A stretch of DNA of 64,000 nt, taken from contig NZ_JARGNH010000013.1 in assembly GCF_029213205.1 (NCBI RefSeq), positions 13,558 to 77,557 on the forward strand, read 5' to 3'. This DNA comes from Pseudooceanicola sp. GTDB lineage: Bacteria > Pseudomonadota > Alphaproteobacteria > Rhodobacterales > Rhodobacteraceae. A model generated the notes under the pieces. It was not told where the DNA came from, searched no databases, and saw nothing but the letters and a program-made list of their open reading frames with translations. Positions 48,777 to 56,091 of this stretch are shown here, in pieces. Position 1 is the stretch's first letter. The number at the start of each line of letters is the position of its first letter. The position numbers were made by a program, and so were the translations under genes.

Positions 48777-49399
48777 TTGATGGGTTGATCAAACATATTC
48801 TTGATCCGTTGTGGGAAAAGGCCTCGACTCCGCTGGTGCGGGCCGGTTTGACGCCGAACCAGGTGACGTTGACCGGGCTGGCGTTGATCATCGCCGGATC
48901 CGGGCTTTACCTCTGGCACCGCCTGGATCTGGTGTTCGGACTGTGGCTGGCGGTGTCCTATGCCTTTGACGCGCTCGACGGTGCGGTGGCGCGACGGCGC
49001 GACATGCGATCAAAGGCGGGCGGCTATCTGGATGCGATGGTCGACCGCTATCAGGAATTGATCGTTCTGGGGGCGATTGCCTGGGTGCATGATCTGTGGC
49101 CGCTGGCGCTGTTGACCTTCGCCGGGTCGGTCATCACCTCTTATGCCAAGGCGCGCACCGCGCTTGAGGCGGATGTTTCGAACGATGGCTGGCCGGAATT
49201 GTTCGAACGGCTTGAGCGGATCATCTACACCTGCGTGCTGCTGGTCGCCGCCGGGCTGGTGCCGGAGGGCTGGGTTGCCTCCGTGATGGTCTGGGGCATG
49301 GCGCTGTTCGCGGCGCTGACCAACCTGACCGCCCTGCAACGTGGGGTCAGGGCGTTTGGGTTGCTGGCGCAGATCGACCGTGAAGGTGGCGCAGAATAA
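48773..49399 (+). CDS. CDP-alcohol phosphatidyltransferase (copy 2), phosphatidylinositol-phosphate synthase-like
   Basis: LTPNQVT, DALDGAVARRRDMRSKAGGYLDAMVDRYQE, SYAKART and FERLER, as seen in actinobacterial/archaeal PIP/AIP synthases. ATGA overlap with the kinase. Confidence 0.88.
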   Translation: MIDGLIKHILDPLWEKASTPLVRAGLTPNQVTLTGLALIIAGSGLYLWHRLDLVFGLWLAVSYAFDALDGAVARRRDMRSKAGGYLDAMVDRYQELIVLGAIAWVHDLWPLALLTFAGSVITSYAKARTALEADVSNDGWPELFERLERIIYTCVLLVAAGLVPEGWVASVMVWGMALFAALTNLTALQRGVRAFGLLAQIDREGGAE

Positions 49400-50171
49400 T
49401 CCGCGCGAAATCCACCGCATGCAAAAGCGCCAGGTTCAGCACCAGGATCAGCACCACCACCTCGGTCAGCACATAGGCCTGATACAGCGACGGCGTGTGG
49501 TATGAGGTGTCTTTCAGGATGAACAAGGCCAGATAGGTCAGGGTCGCGATGATCGCAGCCACACAGGCGACGATCCGCAGTCGCGCCGCCGTCGGTTCGA
49601 TCAGCCCGCGCTGCCGCATGCTCTGATCGTGACGGATCAGGGTCAGCACCGCGAGATTGGTCATCAGCCCGACGATCTGCGCCAAGGCGGCAGAGATGAA
49701 CAACATGTAACTGCCGATCATATGGATGCTGTTGGCATGGCCAATCCGGAACACCGACAGCAGGATCAGCCCGAGGGCGATCGGCGGTTGCAGCACGATA
49801 TAGAAGTTCGACCAGATTTGCAGCCGTCTGCGATCGGCGACATCGGCGGCCGGGGTGGCATGGACGGAGCGGGTATAGAGCATCGCGACGATGATCCCGA
49901 GGACGAACAGCTCGACCGCGACCAGGGCGATCCAGAGCGAAAACGGGTCGCCGATGCTCGGCTCGGAAATCGCGCGGCTGATGGTTGGCGGCTTGCGCAG
50001 CGATTCTTCGGGAAACAGGGCGATCCATTCGATTCGGGCGCGAATGATCCAATAGGCAACGATGGGCGAGGCCGACAGGCTGAGCGCCAGGCCAATCGCC
50101 GCCAAGGGCCAGGCCATATGTGCCGGTTTCGGCGAACTGGCCTCGGCCAGGGTTGAATGATTTGCCTGCAT
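49347..50171 (-). CDS. Six-TM membrane protein resembling the Frag1/DRAM/Sfk1 (PGAP2/Cwh43 N-terminal) family
   Basis: Order of features: TM1, PTISRAISEP..F, TM2, GLILLSVF...IHMIGSYMLF, RLRIV, TEVVV, terminal DF. This follows the DRAM/PGAP2 pattern by eye only. Start at 50171 or 50117. Confidence 0.6.
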   Translation of the reverse strand: MQANHSTLAEASSPKPAHMAWPLAAIGLALSLSASPIVAYWIIRARIEWIALFPEESLRKPPTISRAISEPSIGDPFSLWIALVAVELFVLGIIVAMLYTRSVHATPAADVADRRRLQIWSNFYIVLQPPIALGLILLSVFRIGHANSIHMIGSYMLFISAALAQIVGLMTNLAVLTLIRHDQSMRQRGLIEPTAARLRIVACVAAIIATLTYLALFILKDTSYHTPSLYQAYVLTEVVVLILVLNLALLHAVDFARIILRHLHGRSAPATQTP

Positions 50172-50428
50172 GGTGCTGGCTCCTGTCCGATTGCCCATTC
50201 GCAGATGCGTTTTGCGACAAACCGGTGGCCAACAAAACCCCATCTGGGCGAGATCTCGCCGCCTATTTGTAATATTGGGAAGTGTTTTGGCCGGATGGCG
50301 ACGTTGGCCGCGCTGCCGGCTGCCCACAGGCTTGCAATCCGTTCCCTTGCTTGTCAAACCCCGGCCTGATGACGGGCGCCGCCCGGGGCCTGAACCCGCT
50401 GGCGCCGACCGGAACAGGAGTTTGGGCT

Positions 50429-51556
50429 GTGAGCACGATTTTTTGGGCCTTGGGCGGGCTCGCCCTGATCCTGGGGCTGGCAACGTTTGTGGTGCTCTGG
50501 ATGCACTACCCGTTCCGCAAATGGGTGCGGCGCAAGCTGGACCTGACCTGGAATCAGCGGGCCCGGGTGGCCGAGTTTTCGCCGGCTCGAATCGCGGCGG
50601 AAGAGGCGGACATGTTCATCTCTTCAACGGTGATGCGCGACGCCTGCGACATCATCTGGGACGAGTTCGACGAAGAGGCGCCGGCAAATCTGTGCAATCC
50701 GCATCCCGAAGGCACGGTGATCTGGGTCAATACCAAGCTGATGCCCAGGTTCATCCAGGAATTCCTGCCCCGGATGCAGTCGAAATTCGTCCTTGCCTCG
50801 GCCCGGGAAAACAACCCGGTGCGCTTGTTCGATATCGACAAGGTGCTGGCCAATGACAATATGCTGTGCTGGTTCGTCGAGAATTACGAATTTTCGCCGC
50901 ATTACATCGACACCGGCCGGGTCGTGCCACTGCCGCTGGGGATGAATTACCACAAGCTTGATCCCAACAGCCCGAACCGTGCGGGCGATATGGGGGCGGC
51001 GGCCCTGCCGGGGGCGCAACAGGCGCAGATGAAAACGATCCGCGACGAAATCGCGCCGATCCGCGAACGCCCGCTCAAGGTCTACTGCAATTTCCAGCTG
51101 AACATGGACACTTTCCTGCGCCACCCGCATGCGATCCCGCGCGCCGAGGCAAGGGCAGAAGCGATTGCGGTGCTCAAAGACAGCCCGTTGGCGATCATTG
51201 AACCGCGCCAGACCACCCGCAACGATGTCTGGCGGCGCAAGAAAGAAGCGGTGTTCGAGGCCAGCCCGCGCGGCAATTCGATTGATTGCCACCGGACCTG
51301 GGAGGCCCTGCTGCTGAAATCCATCCCGATCGTGAAAACCTCGCTGATGGATCCGATCTACAAGGGGCTGCCGGTGGCCATCGTGCAGGACTGGAACGAG
51401 GTCACCGAGGAACGGTTGGCCCAGTGGTTGGAGGAATTCGCGCCCTGGTTCGACCAGCCGCTGCCGCCGGAATTGTTCTCGAACCACTGGATCGCGCGGA
51501 TGCACAGCTGGAAACCAGAAGACGCCCGGCCGCAGTTGGCGGGCCACGGCGTCTAG
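50429..51556 (+). CDS. Membrane-anchored exostosin/GT47-like protein
   Basis: N-terminal TM; PLPLGM, VYCNF, SPRGNSIDCHRTWEALLLKSIPIV, LPVAIVQDWNEVT resemble the exostosin-type C-terminal signature. GTG start after AGGAG. Confidence 0.65.
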   Translation: MSTIFWALGGLALILGLATFVVLWMHYPFRKWVRRKLDLTWNQRARVAEFSPARIAAEEADMFISSTVMRDACDIIWDEFDEEAPANLCNPHPEGTVIWVNTKLMPRFIQEFLPRMQSKFVLASARENNPVRLFDIDKVLANDNMLCWFVENYEFSPHYIDTGRVVPLPLGMNYHKLDPNSPNRAGDMGAAALPGAQQAQMKTIRDEIAPIRERPLKVYCNFQLNMDTFLRHPHAIPRAEARAEAIAVLKDSPLAIIEPRQTTRNDVWRRKKEAVFEASPRGNSIDCHRTWEALLLKSIPIVKTSLMDPIYKGLPVAIVQDWNEVTEERLAQWLEEFAPWFDQPLPPELFSNHWIARMHSWKPEDARPQLAGHGV

Positions 51557-51677
51557 GCGCCGCAGCCAGCCTCTGACTGCTTCTATTCGCCGGATGCGGG
51601 GTGTATGTAGTCGCCTCAGACGGGTCCATCAGGGCCATTCCATTCAATCCGGGCGCGGCCCGAACGATACAGGTAAC

Positions 51678-53345
51678 ATGCTGAATTACGCCAAATTCGT
51701 CTGGAACAATATTCCGGGGCCGAAGATTTCGGTGCTGATCATGTCGGTTCTGGTTGGTCTGGCCAATGGCGCGATGCTGTCGGCGATCAACAACGCGATT
51801 TCGGCGCGGGTTGATGGCACCTTTGGCTGGACTTACCCGGCGGTGTTCGTTGCTGCGGTGCTGGCGTTTTTCTTTGGCGGTTATTTCGCGATGTTTCGGG
51901 CCACCGACATGGCCGAACGCTTTGTCGAACTGCTGCGCAAACGGATTGTCGATCAGGCCGGGCTGTCGTCTCTGCGTGAGGTCGAGGAATACGGCCGTGG
52001 CGAGATCTATGTTCACCTGACCCGCGACACCAGCACCGTCGGCATGGCGTCGATCCGCCTGGTGCACGCACTGCAATCAGGGGTCGTGGTGTTCTTTTGT
52101 CTGGCCTATCTGCTGTGGCTGTCGCCGATGGTGTTTCTGGTGACGTTGGTGCTGGTGGCCACAGGCGTCAAGCTGTTCTTTATGCAGGAACGCCATGCTC
52201 AGGTCTATCTGAACGAGGCCCGGGCGCAGGAGGCGGCGCTGTTCAGTGGCATTTCGGACATGCTGGACGGCTTCAAGGAAACCAAGCTGTCGCAATCCGT
52301 GGCGCGGGATCTGAACGCCAGCCTGAACCAGTCGTCGGCCAAGGCACGCGAGAATTTCGTCAAGGCCGAGTTCCTGTTCTACTCGACCACGATCGTGTCG
52401 AAATTCATGCTGTTCTCGCTGCTGGGGCTGATCGCCTTTCTGCCCGAACAATGGATCGGCGCGACCTCGGCGCTGGCGTTTCAAATCCTGGCGCTGCTGC
52501 TCTATCTGGTGCCGCCGCTGGAACAGCTGGTCGATCTGACCGGCCCCTATATGCGCGCCCAGGTGTCGTTGCAGAACCTCCAGAAACTTGAAGGCAAGCT
52601 GGCCGAAGAGGTGGTGGGCCGCGAGGTGGCGCTGGCCGAGGATGGCGCGTTGCAACTGCACCAGGTTGAGCTCGACTACCGCGACGCCGAGATCGGCACC
52701 ACCTTTACCCTGGGGCCGCTGGATCTGCGCATCGAGCCGGGTGAGATTGTGTTCCTGGTCGGCGGCAATGGCTCTGGCAAGACCACGTTGATGAAGGTGC
52801 TGGCCGGGCTCTATGCGCCCGATCGGGGCAGGGTCAGCGTCGGCAATGTCGAATTGTCGCCGGATAATCGCGGCGCCTGGCGTGATCGGGTGGCCTCGGT
52901 GTTCCACGATTTCCACCTGTTCGATCAGGCCTTTGGCCTGGACGCCGAAAGCGCGCAGCCGCTGATTCAGGCTGAACTCGACAAGGTCGGGCTGTCGGAC
53001 AAGGTGACGATCGGCGCCGATGGCGGCTTTTCCACCACCCGGCTGTCGACCGGCCAACGCAAGCGGCTGGCGCTGGTTCTGGCCCGGGCGCAACGCCGCC
53101 CGGTGCTGCTGATGGATGAATTCGGCGCTGAACAAGACCCGGAATTCCGCGCCTTTTTCTATACCGATTACCTTGAGGCGCTGCGTGCCGAAGGCGTCAC
53201 CGTCATCGCCGTCACCCATGACGACCGCTATTTTGGAACCTGCGACCGGCTGATCAAGCTCGACCTCGGCCGGATCATATCGGACGGTCCGCCGGTCGAA
53301 GGGGTGGACGACGGTTTCGCGCTGCGCGAGGCGACACGCGGCTAA
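51678..53345 (+). CDS. Fused permease-ATPase ABC exporter, PvdE/SyrD/YojI (cyclic peptide exporter) family
   Basis: Six TMs, DGFKETKLS, GGNGSGKTT, LSTGQRKRLAL, MDEFGAEQDPEFR, VTHDDRYF. Confidence 0.9.
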   Translation: MLNYAKFVWNNIPGPKISVLIMSVLVGLANGAMLSAINNAISARVDGTFGWTYPAVFVAAVLAFFFGGYFAMFRATDMAERFVELLRKRIVDQAGLSSLREVEEYGRGEIYVHLTRDTSTVGMASIRLVHALQSGVVVFFCLAYLLWLSPMVFLVTLVLVATGVKLFFMQERHAQVYLNEARAQEAALFSGISDMLDGFKETKLSQSVARDLNASLNQSSAKARENFVKAEFLFYSTTIVSKFMLFSLLGLIAFLPEQWIGATSALAFQILALLLYLVPPLEQLVDLTGPYMRAQVSLQNLQKLEGKLAEEVVGREVALAEDGALQLHQVELDYRDAEIGTTFTLGPLDLRIEPGEIVFLVGGNGSGKTTLMKVLAGLYAPDRGRVSVGNVELSPDNRGAWRDRVASVFHDFHLFDQAFGLDAESAQPLIQAELDKVGLSDKVTIGADGGFSTTRLSTGQRKRLALVLARAQRRPVLLMDEFGAEQDPEFRAFFYTDYLEALRAEGVTVIAVTHDDRYFGTCDRLIKLDLGRIISDGPPVEGVDDGFALREATRG

Positions 53346-53438
53346 CCGCTGCAAGGCGCCACCGCGCGGCGTGCTGGACATGATCCAAGATTTTTTCAGG
53401 AGTCTGCCATGCTAGTCTATGGTGTATTCTCGAAAACA

Positions 53439-53452
53439 TTGTTCCAGATCAA
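53439..53452 (+). promoter_or_regulatory. FNR/NnrR/DNR-type box
   Basis: TTGTT-CCAG-ATCAA, one mismatch to TTGAT-N4-ATCAA, centred 41.5 nt upstream of ATG 53487. TAATAT at 53474-53479 fits a -10 element. Lies upstream of the nos cluster. Confidence 0.75.
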
Positions 53453-53486
53453 ACAGCGTTAAGACCCCGAGGTTAATATCTGCCTC

Positions 53487-53864
53487 ATGAGCCGCCCCCT
53501 GATTCTGTCCTTTGGATGCCTGTTGATCGGATGCCTTCTGCTGGCGACATCCGTAGGCGGCTATCTGCGCACGGCACATGATCTTGCCCGGGCCGGACAG
53601 GTCAGCCTGGTGATCTGCGGTCAGGACGGCGCCAGTGTGGTGACGCTGGACCGGAACGGCACCCCGGTCTCACCCGGGCCTGCCACTTGCGATCATTGCG
53701 CCGACTGCTCGCTCATCGCGGATTTCGACCTGCCGGTGATTGCCGACCTCTCGCAGGCGGCGGATCCGGTGCAGGAGATTGCTTACGCTATTGTTGACAC
53801 AATTCCGGTCACAAGCTCGGCTGGTTCCATGGCGCGTGGTCCGCCGGTTAAATCCAAGGTTTGA
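53487..53864 (+). CDS. DUF2946-like small Cys-motif protein
   Basis: N-terminal hydrophobic segment, LVICGQDG, CDHCADC, C-terminal ARGPP. Confidence 0.7.
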   Translation: MSRPLILSFGCLLIGCLLLATSVGGYLRTAHDLARAGQVSLVICGQDGASVVTLDRNGTPVSPGPATCDHCADCSLIADFDLPVIADLSQAADPVQEIAYAIVDTIPVTSSAGSMARGPPVKSKV

Positions 53865-53865
53865 T

Positions 53866-56091
53866 ATGGTCTCTCTTCTGCGAAAATTGATGTTGTTGCG
53901 CCTGTTTGCGGCTGTGGTTCTGGCGATATTGGTCGGGATTCCGGCGAATCCGGCCCTGGCGCAAACCGACAAATCGGTTCTTTCCCAATTTATTTCCAAA
54001 GTTGCGCCCGGCGATCTGGTCGAGGGCAGCGACGCATTCGGCCCGATCCGGGACGATGTGCCGGTGGCGCCGCTGTTGCAGCGGGGCGTTGAGATCGGCC
54101 ATGTCTTCATCACCTCGGATTTCGTGGGCACCACCGGCTATTCCGGCAAGCCGATTCACACCATGGTGGCCGTCGACAAGGACGCGCGGGTTCTGGGCGT
54201 CGAGCTGGTCAAGCATTCCGAACCGATCGTGCTGATCGGCATCCCCGACAGCAAGATCAAGGCGATGGTGCATGGTTACCGTGGTGTCGACCTTGTGGCA
54301 GAGGCCAAGGCGCGTGGCTCTGCCCATGACCTGAACATCATTTCCGGCGCGACCGTGACGATCATGGTGATCGATGACGGGATCATCCGCGCCGGGTTGA
54401 AGGTCGCGCGCGCCCTTGGTCTGGGCGGCATGGAGGCCGAAGTCAAAGCCGACCACAGTTTCGAGATCGACCCGGAGGCGACGGCCCCGGCAAGCTGGAT
54501 GACGATGGAGGGTGACGGCACGATCCGCCGCCTGTCGCTGGATGTCGGGCAGGTCAACGCCGCCTTCGCCGCGATGGACGATCCGCGCGCCGCCAAGCGC
54601 GCTCTGAAAGAGCCGCCCGAGACCACCTTTATCGACATGCAGACCGCGCTGGTCAGCGTGCCGGGGATCGGGCTGGCGATTCTGGGCGAGGCTGAAAATG
54701 CCAACCTTCGCGACTGGCTGGAGCCGGGCGACGAGGCCATCGCGATCGTCGGGCGCGGGCTCTATTCCTTCAAGGGGTCGGGCTATGTGCGCGGCGGGAT
54801 CTTTGACCGGATCGTGCTGATCCAGGACGATGTGACGGTGCGGTTCCGCGACCGTGGCCATCGCCGCATCGGCGATATCGTTGCCGAGGGCGCGCCGGAA
54901 TTCACCGAGCGTGACCTGTTCAAGATCCCTGCGGACAGCGGCTTTGATCCGACCCGGCCATTCCGGATTCAACTGCTGGTTCACCGCGAGGTCGCGGCCA
55001 TCGAAAAGGTCTTTACCACCTTTGACCTGGGCTATCAGCTGCCGCCGCAATACCAGCGCAAGAGCGCGGCCGCTGCTGCCAGCGAACCGAGTGCTGCACC
55101 GCAGGCCGAGGAGGATGCGCAATCCGCGCTCTGGAAACGGATCTGGCAGGACAAGACCCCGGAAATTATCGGGCTGCTGGCGATGCTGGGGGTGCTGACC
55201 CTGGTGTTCTTCTTTCAGCATTTCGCCACCCGCTCGGCACGGTTCTATTTCTGGTTCCGGATGTCGTTCCTGACCGTCACCCTGGTGTTCCTCGGCTTTT
55301 ATGCCAATGCCCAGCTTTCGGTGGTCAACCTGATGGCGCTGTTCGGCGCGCTGGTCACCGATTTCAGCTGGCAGGCCTTCCTGCTCGATCCGCTGACCTT
55401 CATCCTCTGGTTCGCGGTCGCCACCGCGCTGCTGTTCTGGGGGCGCGGCGCCTATTGCGGCTGGCTCTGCCCGTTCGGGGCGTTGCAAGAGCTGACCAAC
55501 CGCATTGGCCGGGCCCTGCATATCCCGCAGATCGAACTTCCCTGGGGCCTGCATGAACGGCTGTGGCCGATCAAATACATGATCTTTCTCGGGCTGTTCG
55601 GCACCTCGCTTTATTCCATCGAACAGGCCGAACACCTGGCCGAGGTGGAGCCGTTCAAGACCGCGATCATCCTGAAATTCATGCGCGCCTGGCCTTTCGT
55701 CGCCTATGTTATCGCGCTGTTGGTGGCCGGGCTGTTTGTCGAGCGGTTCTTCTGCCGCTACCTCTGCCCCTTGGGCGCGGCGCTGGCGATCCCGGCACGG
55801 CTGCGGATGTTTGACTGGCTGAAGCGCTACCACGAATGCGGCAACCCCTGCCAAACCTGCGCCAATGAATGCCCGGTGGATGCAATCCACCCGACCGGCG
55901 AGATCAACCCGAACGAATGCATCAACTGTCTGCATTGCCAGGTTCTGTACCAATCCGAGGCGAAATGCCCGGTGGTGATCAAAAAGATGAAACGGCGCGC
56001 GCGGGTGGGATCCCCCGATGCCGCGCTGAATCCGCAGATTTCGAACCATCCCAACCTGAAGAACTCAAGAAAGGAGCTTCAAGATGTCTGA
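53866..56091 (+). CDS. nosR: Nitrous oxide reductase regulator / electron-transfer flavoprotein NosR
   Basis: FMN-binding [35 protein letters not shown], and two C-terminal 4Fe-4S motifs ([15 protein letters not shown]). Confidence 0.96.
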   Translation: MVSLLRKLMLLRLFAAVVLAILVGIPANPALAQTDKSVLSQFISKVAPGDLVEGSDAFGPIRDDVPVAPLLQRGVEIGHVFITSDFVGTTGYSGKPIHTMVAVDKDARVLGVELVKHSEPIVLIGIPDSKIKAMVHGYRGVDLVAEAKARGSAHDLNIISGATVTIMVIDDGIIRAGLKVARALGLGGMEAEVKADHSFEIDPEATAPASWMTMEGDGTIRRLSLDVGQVNAAFAAMDDPRAAKRALKEPPETTFIDMQTALVSVPGIGLAILGEAENANLRDWLEPGDEAIAIVGRGLYSFKGSGYVRGGIFDRIVLIQDDVTVRFRDRGHRRIGDIVAEGAPEFTERDLFKIPADSGFDPTRPFRIQLLVHREVAAIEKVFTTFDLGYQLPPQYQRKSAAAAASEPSAAPQAEEDAQSALWKRIWQDKTPEIIGLLAMLGVLTLVFFFQHFATRSARFYFWFRMSFLTVTLVFLGFYANAQLSVVNLMALFGALVTDFSWQAFLLDPLTFILWFAVATALLFWGRGAYCGWLCPFGALQELTNRIGRALHIPQIELPWGLHERLWPIKYMIFLGLFGTSLYSIEQAEHLAEVEPFKTAIILKFMRAWPFVAYVIALLVAGLFVERFFCRYLCPLGAALAIPARLRMFDWLKRYHECGNPCQTCANECPVDAIHPTGEINPNECINCLHCQVLYQSEAKCPVVIKKMKRRARVGSPDAALNPQISNHPNLKNSRKELQDV

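Noticed and set aside
50277-50287. 11-bp match TGGGAAGTGTT with the reverse complement of 11833-11843
   Set aside because: A single 11-mer match between AT-rich intergenic regions is within chance expectation, and the flanking genes are unrelated.
53459-53476. CtrA box (TTAA...TTAA) upstream of the nos region
   Set aside because: The spacer is 10 nt, not the 7 nt of TTAA-N7-TTAA.
36185-53486. Lipid cluster as a mobile genomic island
   Set aside because: No integrase, transposase, tRNA or flanking direct repeat was seen. Horizontal origin remains possible but needs composition and synteny analysis that I cannot run.
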